DNA of 64,000 nt, taken from positions 2,542,001 to 2,606,000 of the forward strand of contig CM039008.1 of the NCBI GenBank assembly GCA_017499595.2. The letters are read 5' to 3'. Within the stretch, counting starts at the first letter, position 1, and each line of letters begins with the position of its first letter. Origin of the DNA: Psilocybe cubensis (taxonomy: Eukaryota). The notes beneath the pieces were generated by a model that was not told where the DNA came from, ran no database searches, and was given only the letters and a program-made list of their open reading frames with translations. The position numbers and the translations under genes are program-made. Of this stretch, positions 28,402 to 41,079 are shown piece after piece.

Positions 28402-29338
28402 GGGGCATCAAGCTCCTGCGAAGATTCCATGTCGAGTTGGTGAGAAATATAATTGGTATCGTGAGCTTTAGGTGAAGGAGGTGTGATAGAAGCGGGCATT
28501 GATTGAGGATCGACCCCATTCACATATGAATTGGGAAGGAGAGTGGTTTGCAATTGAGGAGAAGTGAATTCTACCGGCGGCAGGAGCTGGGGCTGATTCT
28601 GATGCTGCGGTGAGGTATGTTGGTTGGCAGGTGGACGATAAAAAGCTTCTGGCTGGGGTGGAATCTGCGGAAGAGCATGCTGGGTCATGTCCTGCTGTGC
28701 CATAGGAGCATGATCATCTTGACTGTACGAAGTTCCGTTCTCCTGAGCCTCCATCGCGGCAAAAATTCTCGGTTTCCCTCTTAGGGGGGCGGAAGTCGTC
28801 TGGACGCTCGGAGATTTCTGCAGCATGACCGGCGTGGGTTGCTGCACGGGAACCTGGGTATTATTAAAAGGTTGCGTCATGGGCACTTGAGATTGGGACG
28901 GTGGGTAAAACCCGGGAGGGTGAACACGCACCGAACCCATATGTTGGTGCTTGCTTGGGGAAGTTTGGAAATTTGCTGGTTGCGCAGCACCGGGAGGCAG
29001 AGGCGGCGAAACTGACCGTGAATTAGACTGCTGGTGTGTCCGTGGCTTGATTTCACCGGAGTCGTAATTATTGAACATTGACGGCGTTCCATTTGCAACT
29101 GAAATTAGCTGAGGCGTGGAAAAGTCCTTGTAGGAAGAGGGTAACACTTCAGCATCCAAATAGCTATATGCGACGCCCATGTCTGGGATAGGAGGAGGTG
29201 GTAGAGGAGGACTAGGAGGCTGAGGTTTACTGATAATAGGACGTGGGATGGGGGGTTGAGGTTTCGAATCACTTTGCATATAAACACTCTGATGACATGA
29301 CGGAACGGTGGTGTTCAGAAAAAAGACCTGGTGATATC
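28402..29338 (-). repeat. 937-bp inverted duplicate of 37773-38709 (internal exon segment of the gene at 36174-41079)
   Basis: Reverse complement matches from GGGGCATCAAGC to GGTGATATC. The shared parts of three overlapping ORF translations are identical in both copies. Both spans are 937 bp. Confidence 0.97.
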
Positions 29339-29437
29339 GATTTTCGGACGTTGTAGGGTGCTTCAACTATCAAACTTGTTTTATTTCGGTGAACGATATT
29401 CGAAAATTAGTGAACGAGATCTAACAACTGTTTTCAG

Positions 29438-31087
29438 CTTGGAATTTGGGCAGTGGATTTGCACAAACTAAAGGCCAACTTATTGGATTTCGATTTATGT
29501 CTGGCATAGGAGGAAGTGCCCCGTTATCCGTGAGCCTCGTAGATAAGTTTTTCTGCCAATATAAATCCTTTTTTAGGTTGGCGGTGGAGTCCTTGGAGAT
29601 ATGTGGGCGCCTGAAGAAAGAGGGAGAGCGATTGCTATATATTCCCTAGCTCCGCTCCTCGGGCCCGTCCTAGGACCTGTTTGTGGAGGATGGTCAGTGA
29701 TTGCGTATGGGATGTGAATCAATCTGACGTTATGTGATTTAGGATTGCCGAGCGTTCGACATGGAGATGGGTGTTTTGGTCGACGAGCATTGCTGACCTT
29801 GTCATCCAAGGAATCGGACTGATATACCTACGTGAAAGTATGCATCAGTCGGCTTCGCACAGACATGAAATTAAGACATATAATTCTCAGCATTTGCCCC
29901 TTGGCTTCTCGACAGAAAGGCCGACAAGTTACGGAAGACCTTTGACCCAGAAAAATGCCAGTACAAGGAGATACGCACGGTTTATGATTTAAATAATGAC
30001 CGCTCGTACGCTGTATCCATTTTATATTTTTCAGTTAATTCAGCTGACAAACTTCAAACAGATGGAAAGTTATTTTTCGTAAAGCCCTGACTCGTCCTTT
30101 TTCCCTGTTTACCAGCGAACCTATCATACAACTTATTGGGATATACATGGCGTTTGTATACGGAATATTCTATCGTGCGTCAAGTTCCCTCTTGCGCACA
30201 CAGATAATATAACACCCAGTCAGTATTCTTGACCACGATTCCTTCCATATTTAGAGAGATCTATCACCAGACATCAGGAATAGCTGGACTGAACTACATC
30301 GCTCTGGGCATCGGTTTGACTGTAACCTCACAAATAAATGCCAGAGTGTTGGATCGCGTATACAAGCACTTTAAATCCAGGAATGGAGGTGTTGGTGAAC
30401 CTGAGTTTAGACTTCGTAAGTTTTGACCTTTTTCTGGAGTAACCAAGCGGACTCCGTCCCTAAATTAGTGTTGCAGCATCACTGTTTCCTGGTACGATAA
30501 TTCTTCCTTTTGGGCTTTTCTTGGCCGGATGGTCCGCACAGCACAGGCTCCATTGGATTGCCACGGACATTGGCATCGCGTGCGTTGGCTCAGGAATGGT
30601 CCTCGTATTCCAAGCGCTGCAGACCTATGTCATCGACTCATTCACTCTGTATGCTGCATCTGGTAGGAGCCTCTGTGATTTATCATCATTTTCCAACAGT
30701 CAATTAATTTTTACCGGCGCAGCTCTTGCGGCGGTGTCATTTCTGAGGTCATTAGCAGGATTTGGTTTCCCCCTTTTTGCTCCAGCAATGTACCGAAGAC
30801 TAGGGTACGGGAAGGGCGACACGATCTTGGCCTGTCTTGCAATCGGCTTAGGCTGTCCTGCGTGAGCACCTTGGCTTCGTTATGGCTTGTTACTCCATGC
30901 CAATTTTTGGATTTGAAATAGACCATGCCTGCTGTGGATATACGGCAAGAGAATTAGGGCGAACAGTAAATATGCTCGCAAATCGAAAAATCGTCAACAA
31001 CGTATGGCGAAAGCCAGTGCTGCCGCCGCAGAAATAATGAGAAGGCACTTTGATGGGGAGCATGAGACTTCTTCGAGACCACCCTGA
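29438..31087 (+). pseudogene. MFS DHA1 transporter copy 3, 5'-truncated (first ~5 exons missing, remainder looks intact)
   Basis: First recognisable exon (ttttcag|CT TGG AAT TTG GGC AGT GGA TTT GCA CAA) corresponds to the WN..GFAQ exon of copies 1 and 2. Later exons are in frame to TGA at 31085-31087. Upstream is only an intron remnant and the inverted duplicate. Confidence 0.8.
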
Positions 31088-31485
31088 CCCTCCGCGCGAT
31101 GAGGCTAGTACAGGTGAATGAATTTTCGATACTCATCACAGGAGTTACTGCATCGTCCAGATTAGATAAGACTCTGCGATCCATGACATCGCAAATTTGC
31201 TAGGGGTATGTCTCTAGACCAATAATAGCATTCAGTGAAGTCTCGTACATCTTTAATACAAGATTCAATCTTAGTCTTTACCGAATTTTCACACACACGT
31301 ACTGCGTCGAGACTTGCACAAATTCCGGAATATTTCGTCAAGTTTCTTGGAAGCTTCTAGAGTCGCCTGCAAGGCTGCCATATATAGTAAATGAGTCTGG
31401 GAAAATTGAGTTTGATCTTGTGAACGCGTCTGGGACGCGTGATTCGAATGATATCTAGCTCTCTTGATCCTGAACTCAACCTACC

Positions 31486-32092
31486 ATGCCCGACTCTCCG
31501 GAAACTCCTGACGCTACACACCCCCTCAATGCAGAAGAGCTTGAACCTGGGCTGCTGTACGCCGTGCTGACCTATCGGGGTGAGCTCGCATCCTGGAATT
31601 GGGCATTCTTCGTGCCCAATCCCGCAGTGTCGCCGATCGGTGCTGCTGGGACGATGTTCCATGTCGTGGACACGGATTCGGTGGGTTTATGGAAGTTTGA
31701 GGTAGAGAAGCAGGGTGTCATATCCTCTCCGCTGGTAGTAGCCATCATGCGCCTGGCTGATGTCGGATTCTTGGGAGGTTACGACGATGTCGTGGGCAAG
31801 GACAGTCTGCTGCCGATGTTCAAGACGGTGGCTATTCCGACCCAGGCTTCGACCGAATTCAGTTCCAGGACATGGTTCCTTGAAGCGATCTGCGTGTTAC
31901 ACGATTGCGGAGTCGTGCAATGCGACGATGCTTGGCTGCTAGAGAGAGAGATAAGGCGATGTGCGTTTACGGCCATGGACAAGTATTTGGAGAATAAAGG
32001 TATGGTTTATCTGAATTCACATCATTGCATGCACACAAGTGACAATTTGGCATGTAGGCTGGACCGCTTATAGAGCTGAGCACTGCTCTTAA
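31486..32092 (+). CDS. Hypothetical protein (~180 aa), 2 exons
   Basis: Long ORF 31486-32073 with globular composition; intron gtatgg...tgtag gives the end GWTAYRAEHCS*. Confidence 0.75.
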
Positions 32093-33916
32093 CCAATGTA
32101 TTCTGTATAAATTTTCGTTTTTATTGCTTTTTGGGTAGGTCTTCCTCATAGCTGTTGACGTCGAGCAGATGTTTCAATCTTCTCTCCCAGGCTTGCAGAC
32201 CATTGCGTGACTTACAGTCATTAACAAAAAACATACCCCTGCTCTGCCCTGCTTAAACCTTTGGCACATGTCGAGAAAACACGCCCTCGCAAAATGTTAT
32301 GAGCCAGCGAGACAAAGACTCAATGCATTAGATCTCAGAGGGTGGGGTATGGGGTCGCACGCGTACACGGTCGCATTTTTTTGGGTTGGTTATCAGATCA
32401 TTGCGGTTGTATATAGATCTTGGGACGATCGTTTGAAGGGTTCAAGTTTTTCGGAGAAATGTAGGATATAGTATATCAGATATATCTAATTATCGTCATT
32501 TTTTGCTGTCTTCATCCAATACGCTCAGCTTCTGATCTTTATTTGCTTACAGGAGCTTGCAAACGAATCAGAAAGCCCAACGAATCGTTACAGTTTGACA
32601 GCTAAAATCACGTGCTGAGTCCAAATTTTAATGACGACGGTGACGAACTGGTGACGTCGGTCGCGGATCATGAAGTTGGACTATTTTTAGATTTGATGAG
32701 TCGTAGAAGAACTGCTTGCAGATGAGTTTGCAAAAAAGCGGAGAGCGGATTCTCTATTGGCTGTCTGGCATGGATTTACCCAGATATCCTGAATAGATTT
32801 CCTGCTGGTAGGAATATTTATGAAATGAAATTTTCTGTATCCCTATTATTTATTGTAGAGCGCACTGACAAAGGAGTATGTGCCAATGTGTGCTTTTCAT
32901 CATTGAAAGCTGATGCGACTATCAAGAACTGTAAATACCTTTACTAACACCCGGCAGACGGTCAAAATTTTCTACAACTTGAAAGGTTCTCGGCAAACAA
33001 AAAGAATAAAATGCTGTTGGTTTTGATTGTAACCCAATTGCGACGGTTTTCGAATGGAGCAAGACGTTCCGTTCCTATGTTAACCCCGTAGATAAGATGC
33101 ATGTTAGATGCAAATGATGACATGGTCACCAGTGGGCGCTTATAGTGGCCATCAGCCTCATTGCCAGAGTGCTTCCTGAGAACAGACCGCAGTTGATCGT
33201 ATGAAAATTGATCGTGACGGGCGCTGGATACATGGACAGCAATTGGATGGATTGAGTATAAGAAAACATAGATCAGTTGGTGGAAAGAGAGTTTCTTGGA
33301 GACGGAACTCCGCAGAAACCAACACGATGCCAAAAGATCCGTTGGCTTCGCTATGTCTGTCAAAGAGGCGAAGCGTCTATGGATAAAAACTTGTAAGATG
33401 ATTGTCATCGCGCACCGTGACAGAACAAAAACGTATTGCATCATTACAATGCGTGCAACTTCTCCGCCGATGCGATTCGAAAAAGAAACGTCACCTACGA
33501 CTTGACATACCTCGGTCCAAAAAAAAATTCAGCCACTTATAACATAGATGGATTAGTGTGGGTCCACAAATAAACTGGTCCAACGTTACCATCCAAATTA
33601 AAAATGTCGATGGGCAATTCTGATCTCAAAGCATATTTGAGTGAGGCTCGAAATGCAATCCTACATGTACGGCAGGGGCACTCATGCATAGTTTTATGAA
33701 CTCCAGCGATCGACGGCCACGCTTCTAGGCGATCGAATGGTCGAAAAAGAGACTATGTCTATCGACGATCGCGAGCTTGACCTTTGTTTGATTACTACCC
33801 TTTTTCATCTGTTATCGTTATTGCCCGACCAATAGTCGGTTCTCCAGGTCAAATAACGACATCGCCTAATAGATAATCCAAATTTCCGCGTAAAGAACCC
33901 TTGGGTGGTCAGGGAA

Positions 33917-34881
33917 ATGGTTGGGATGACATCCTCAATGCTGGTGATGACCTCGTTCATCAGCGCCTCTCTTGCCAAACCAAACCCACTTGGATTGCAT
34001 AGAAGACTCGCCACACCCGCCAATACGGTGGCAATAAACGACGCGGAGAGCTACTGGTAAACATCCCCGCCCCAATTTCACAAAGGAGAAGAAAGCTGAC
34101 GAACGACTTCGAAACCGTGGTTTTCACTTTTCATTTGATCTCATAACAGCCTCGTTGTTCCCAAGTGCGTCGCGGTTTATTTTTGGGGGTTGTTATTCCT
34201 AGGCGTTTTCTTGTTGTTAACGCCACATGTTCTTTTTCGCTTGGTGCGTGCTTTTGACAGGGACGCCAACACTGATGTGGGTGATAGCGAGTATCCTGGC
34301 GGCACGACGGTGTATTGCTCCTTAGCGGGACGTTCATCGGAGTCGCAGGGTCTCCTATCAAGTAATTTTTGGACCAATGTGGAGTATACGACTGGTTTCG
34401 GGAGCGGGAAGTACGTGCAACGTGCGTCTATATAATGATTTGCAAAGACTAGGAGATTGCTGAAAATAGGAATGGGTGTTTGCAGTTACTGGGTGTATTG
34501 ACCCGTACACGCTAGACAGGATAGATCCTGATGATTCGGGAGGCCAGTATGATTCAAGCGGAGGAGCAGACGGGAATGGTAACCCGGCGGGGAGTGTGTG
34601 TGCTGGGTGAGATAGGTTTTGTTGATTTGCGAGCGATAGGAGAGTTTTGTCATATTGATTTTTTTTTGGTTCACAGATATAACCACTATGTGGAACTGCT
34701 CGAACCGGCGGGTCCTAGGGCGTGCATACGATGTTGCGAAGACCCAGACGACTGCCCAACTGACCAAGGTGAAATCTCCATCTCTCCTAATCGTCACTCC
34801 TTTTCGATTTTGACTATGTTTGTTGCAGATACACTGGGATGTCCGAATGTCATTCCGGGAAATTACTTTGATTGCGACTAG
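33917..34881 (+). CDS. Small secreted cysteine-rich protein, RTP1 (rust transferred protein)-like
   Basis: Signal-like MVGMTSSMLVMTSFISASLA, dibasic HRR, 15-nt microexon at 34150-34164, YVQLTGCID...GGQYD...CAGYNHYVELLEP...CIRCC...DC...GCPNVIPGNY; 10 Cys. Family assignment is from recalled motif similarity. Confidence 0.75.
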
Positions 34882-36173
34882 GTAGTGCCGCCCATTAACA
34901 CATACTATTAACACACTATTGCATGCTATATCGTTGACAACTATTCACCCTGTAATGCTGCATATCAGTACAAATTCGAGTTCAAAAAATACGGTTACAC
35001 GAGCCATTGTTAAGAAGCCGGCGTTTTAAACAACGAGGTGAGGTCGAGGCCTCGGAAAGGAGTTGTTGGTCAAGATGGATGCGAGCCGTAATCTGACAGG
35101 GTTATACGAAGCTCTGCAGTACAACGCAGGGCATTGACTCTCCGTCTCTGCACAAGCAATCTAGCTTTGATGACCGTGGCGACGTGTCGTGGCAGCTAAT
35201 CGCACTTGTCGTTATCTGACCACTACTTCCTTGCAAATTGCTATGAGAGCTAGAGTTATTGGTTCCAGTCTGTCGATACAAGCCAAGTCGCAAAGATGTA
35301 GGCCTAGTCGGGCGTTTAGAATTTCATAGTCTTTAAAGAGTTGGATACGACGCGCCACGAGCGTGCTGTGCAAGTGATATTATCGTCCTGGCATCTTGCC
35401 GGTCTAGAAGTGGGCAAATTACTCACCAAGGTCGCTGGCGCAGCGACAGCAAACTCCGCGGTCTCGTTATTGGCTGCATTAGAAGCTAGAATGGTCAATC
35501 TTCCAAATTTCGAAGTCGGGAATCCATAAACCGCGTTGAGTGTGTAATGTAATGGGTTTTGCAGCTGTTTCGCAGGTCCATGAAGCGCTTAATAGTAGTT
35601 GCGGTTGATCGTTAAAAGCTGAAAAGCTTGGATCGACATTTATCACAGCGCCGAGCCGCTCGCCGCACACTACTCCCGCCAGACTCCGCACCGCACCGTC
35701 TCGTCACCGCTGTCCATCTCTCTTTCAACTCCTCCCAAAGCTATATTTACGAGTGACGAAGGATTGACGAAAGGGTTTAAACGAGGTGCGTGGTACACAA
35801 ATCTGGAATGCTCCATTCAGTCATTGATATGATGGTTGTAAAAAGCCTCTCAATTTGTCGCCCGCCGCAGATTGGCCACCAATTTATAAACAAAGTTGTT
35901 GTTTTCTGTCGAAGGAAAGGCTTTCTCAGGCACAGTTTGTCTCCATTGTGCGTAAATGAACGTTTATTATCCGAGGTTGAAGGAAATCAATTGACAGCGC
36001 TGCTCGCTCCAGGGTCGTTGCTGTAACCGACCAGGACGCCTGCCTGCGGCGATTACATTGCTCATGTTGAAGCGCCTCGCGGCCGCGCCTTGACACATTG
36101 CCATCCCTCTCAGTCTTCCCCACCAACCCTTTTCTCTCATTTCGCACCCTATTCGTGACTGTATGCGACCGTA

Positions 36174-39100
36174 ATGGCCTTCCTTCGCAAGAAGAAGCAG
36201 CCAGAGACACCTACTCAGTCGCCTACCAAGGTGACTTTAGCACCCTCTACATCGCCTCCACCACTTTTCGCCCGTTTTTCAACCACAGCACAGAACAACA
36301 ATGTGAAAGAGGCCTCTCCCCGTATAGTGTCATCGCCGATGATGTTGACAAGTCAACGAAAGGACCGAGATATGCCTCAGAGGGTGACTTCAGCCAAAGG
36401 CTTTGGACATTCAACCACCTCGTTGGCGGCGAGCAACCGCGATCCAAATTTGTCACATCGAAAGGTGCAGGAGAACAATCAAAGCTCTGTTGTCCCGATC
36501 AATGGTAGCGTTCATGATTTGGGTCCAACTTCCTCCCAACAGTTGGCGAAGGCGCCAACCCGCCCCGCTTCTAAAGTTATTGTTGACAAGCCTCTTCCTC
36601 CGCCATCTTCCGCCATCATCAATGAGCACCGCGCACGGTCGCTGGACACGGTCAATCGTAGGGCATCGGCCAATAGACCACCTGGTCCTCCTCCATCGTT
36701 TCAATACCCCCAGCCTCATGTTGTCCGTCCACGCGCGTCCCTTGACATGCAGGATCTGGAAGCCAAACCACTACCTCAACCCGGATCAACCCAAGCCTCC
36801 TACCAATCTGCGCAGGGACAAGACCCTCGAGGTCCGCCCCCGTCGACTTACACATTTTCGCCGTCGGCCACAACTAGGCGAAATGCATCAATCTCAACAA
36901 CTAGCTCGAGCATAATACCTCATGCCGGCCCGCCTATCACCAGTATGAACCACAAGATGCAACCTTCATCCTTTTCTTACGGTCGGCAAGTCCCTCCTAC
37001 AACCGACCAAAAAATTGGCAGTCAAACTTTATCGCCACCTTTGGCGAAACGCGCCGTATTGGGCGAAGATTTCTCTCAGAATCGTGTCAATGGGATGGAG
37101 GGTGTTCCTTCGAAGCGTATGAGTGGGGTTGGACTACCTCAGGGTAGACCACAGGATGTACAAAGGACACCGATGTCGGACCGTGGAATCGATCTTCCTC
37201 CTGAGGCCGCCTTGTTCCAAGTAAGTAAGCTCAAACTCGGTGGTGTTTTTTTCAGTATTCCCGACTCTGTGCCTGTTATCATTGCATCACGATTCGTCAT
37301 GCTGGCCAAGTCAATGTTGGCTTTGTGCTCTGTGCGGGGCGGACGACGACGAGGTTAATTATCCACGTCCAGATTCCGCCCTCCGTGAAAATCTCGTCAT
37401 ACTTTCTTGTGATGGGGTCAAAGGTGTTAAACTCGTCCGGTCATTACACGTGTGGATGGGTGGACGTAATTCATTCTTCGCGTCCCAGGAATTCATCTAT
37501 TCCTCACCCTCTATCGCGTAAACCGTGCATCTTTTCACACATTTCGCTTCATTCTTTCTGGCTGTATGCGAAACCGCCCTCTAAAGATCGGCGATTATGA
37601 CTTGATTGCTGATTCTCGCTGTTTTGCAGGAGTATAGCGATGCAATATCTATCCCCGGCACCCCGTATGCCTCGAACGCACGCCAACTTCCCCCTGGTAG
37701 CTTAAAGACTACCGAACAGGTGTCTTCTTCGAGCATTCCGCGATCGGTTAGTTCTCTTTCTTCATCTCAGATGATATCACCAGGTCTTTTTTCTGAACAC
37801 CACCGTTCCGTCATGTCATCAGAGTGTTTATATGCAAAGTGATTCGAAACCTCAACCCCCCATCCCACGTCCTATTATCAGTAAACCTCAGCCTCCTAGT
37901 CCTCCTCTACCACCTCCTCCTATCCCAGACATGGGCGTCGCATATAGCTATTTGGATGCTGAAGTGTTACCCTCTTCCTACAAGGACTTTTCCACGCCTC
38001 AGCTAATTTCAGTTGCAAATGGAACGCCGTCAATGTTCAATAATTACGACTCCGGTGAAATCAAGCCACGGACACACCAGCAGTCTAATTCACGGTCAGT
38101 TTCGCCGCCTCTGCCTCCCGGTGCTGCGCAACCAGCAAATTTCCAAACTTCCCCAAGCAAGCACCAACATATGGGTTCGGTGCGTGTTCACCCTCCCGGG
38201 TTTTACCCACCGTCCCAATCTCAAGTGCCCATGACGCAACCTTTTAATAATACCCAGGTTCCCGTGCAGCAACCCACGCCGGTCATGCTGCAGAAATCTC
38301 CGAGCGTCCAGACGACTTCCGCCCCCCTAAGAGGGAAACCGAGAATTTTTGCCGCGATGGAGGCTCAGGAGAACGGAACTTCGTACAGTCAAGATGATCA
38401 TGCTCCTATGGCACAGCAGGACATGACCCAGCATGCTCTTCCGCAGATTCCACCCCAGCCAGAAGCTTTTTATCGTCCACCTGCCAACCAACATACCTCA
38501 CCGCAGCATCAGAATCAGCCCCAGCTCCTGCCGCCGGTAGAATTCACTTCTCCTCAATTGCAAACCACTCTCCTTCCCAATTCATATGTGAATGGGGTCG
38601 ATCCTCAATCAATGCCCGCTTCTATCACACCTCCTTCACCTAAAGCTCACGATACCAATTATATTTCTCACCAACTCGACATGGAATCTTCGCAGGAGCT
38701 TGATGCCCCGTTTATAACACCAAAATCCACTCGTTCGCTCTCGCTGCCTCGCCAGGAGGAACCTCGCCAACAACAGCTGCAGTCGCCTCAAGCCACACCA
38801 CGCGCGAAGAAGCTCAGCAAGACGCGTCACCATGTAGACAATGCTTCCATCAGCACTTTTTCTAATGGATCGAACGGGACTCTGCAGAGCTCGCCTGAGA
38901 CTGCCCGCGCGAGGAAGCGCAGCGCCTCAAAATCTCGGCCGAACACTCCTATGACGACTAGCAAGCTGCTTTCATCGGTCGATCCTGCTCTACAAGTTGA
39001 GCAAACAGATGTCGGAGATGTTGGCATCCCGCTCGATGACGACCCGTTTGCTCGAGTCGAAGGCGTTAAGATGCTTCCGAACAGCACCCAAGCGGGTGGC

Positions 39101-41079
39101 ACCAAGGAGAGGAATGCGAGCCGACACCGTAACAAAGGATCGGTGTCGGTGAAAGAAAGTTCGATTATGGATAGCAAAGGCGAGAACGCGCCTCAGGACT
39201 CCCCGCCTGAAATGGAAAACCACAGTTCGATCCCTCTAACTCCAGTATCTCCTGAAGACCTTCGCAAGGCTAAAAAAGATAAGAAAAGCAAGAAAACGAC
39301 AGAGGCACCTCCTACAGTCGCCGAAACTATTGCTGCGCTGGAAAGTCCTCCTCCTGAACCAGTCACGATGGTTCAGATCTTGTCAGATCCTCAACTCCTT
39401 TCAAACATCTTGTCTTATCTGTCTTTTTACGATTGGTGCATTTTATCATCAATATCCAAAGAGATACGCATCCTCTTTGTGCGGACTCCGACGTTAAGGG
39501 AAACTATACTAGAAACCTTTTTGAGGACCGTAGGGTATTGTCGATGGACATGGGACGATAAAGAACCTTTATCGCTTTCTCTACAGGTGCGGAACATTAT
39601 TTTTTTGCGATTTTGTTTGGCAACTTAATGAATACTAGGATTTAAATGATTACATGCGAGGAGTATCAATTCCTAACCATGAATATGCTCGGATAGCCGC
39701 CATGCATGTGCATTCGCTTTCTATACACCCCAATCATCGTGATCCGTCGCTGATCGATACTGTCCACGCCATGACCGCATGCACTCGTGCATATAGTCGT
39801 GTTTTGCTTCGTTTACGTGCTCAGGCAGAGAAAGAAGCTAGCATTTTAGCTTTAAGCAATCCACTGCCGCCACCGTCTGCCACGTCTTCAAAATCAGCTG
39901 CTGGTGGTTCCCGGGGACATACATCTCGTGTATCCAGTCGTGCGCCCTCACCAACGACTTCGACATATTCGCATCCGACTGGTGGACATCATGCGCCAAC
40001 ATATAATGCACCAAGTTCATCGCAGACGAGCCTTACTTTTCGTTCTCCATTGTTCCGACTTCGCCGTGCTCCACTATTGCGCGTCTTTGTCCCCTCTCCA
40101 GAAGGCGATTGGCTTTCGGATAAAAGCGTACTCGAATGCGAAGCAGAATGCAAACGTGCTGGGATCATGCATCTTCTGCGTTTAGGAGATGTTGTTTGGG
40201 ATGTTGCAGTCGGTGATGAAGGCAATGTAGGGAGATTAGTTTGGGATGGCAGCTATCTCATTGTAAGCATAATCTTTCAATTCTCAACAGGCTCCATACA
40301 TTATGCCATGCCACGTCAGAACTACTTTTTCTGTAGAGATTAACCCCGCTTTTTTCTTTTCAACAGGATCTGGACTATACCTACTCCCCCGTTGGAGATC
40401 TGCCAAAGTATCTTCCTACGCTAGCCTTTCCACCGTCTTATTTCCACCGTGTCATCCGCACCGGGCCAAATATTACCAACCCCATTATCCATATCGATAT
40501 TAGTCCTTGGGGCGAAGAGATTGCTATGAACCTTCAACTCCTCCAAGATCGTGTACGAACTGAAACGTGAGATTGAGCCCATCCACTTTCCACTTGATAT
40601 TATATACTCATGTGATATGGTATCACCCGAATAGTCCCCAAGGAGCCTATCACAACGTCGTCCGCTGGGTCCATAGATCTTCGTTCTCTATTAGGCCTCC
40701 TCGAGGACCAAATCGATACAACAAAGGCGCACCCTTCAACGGCCGCATACCAATACCTGACTCGAACAATCTATTTGTCGACTCTGGGTGGTACGGAACT
40801 ATAGTTGTTGAGACAGAAGGCACCAACGAAGCCCTTGCTGATCTGCAAGATCGATGTGGGCCAGGGGCGTTTCCTCCACGACCTCGCGGTGTGACTGGTC
40901 AGATTAGCCAGGCGCAGATCGAAAACAGAAAGGTTTTCCGGATCTTGAGAGAAAAAAGGTAAGCATGCTTCATGTATGGTAATAATCATATCACTGACCA
41001 CTCATATCTATCCACTTTCTACAGTCGTCCCGGCGAAATATGGATCAAAGCTGTTGGCGTGAAAGAACGCTTGCTATGA
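36174..41079 (+). CDS. Large Pro/Ser/Gln-rich protein with an F-box-like motif and a conserved-looking globular C-terminal region
   Basis: ORFs 36174-37358, 37832-39628, 39654-40343 and 40567-40962 are joined by GT-AG introns; motif QILSDPQLLSNILSYLSFYDWCILSSISKEIR; ends WIKAVGVKERLL* at 41079. Confidence 0.8.
37773..38709 (+). repeat. Donor copy of the 937-bp inverted duplication
   Basis: Reverse complement of 28402-29338; lies in frame within an intact exon, so this is the source copy. Confidence 0.95.

Noticed and set aside
28389-29366. 325-aa minus-strand ORF as an independent gene
   Set aside because: It is the inverted duplicate of an internal exon segment with a non-ATG start and a few chance flanking codons.
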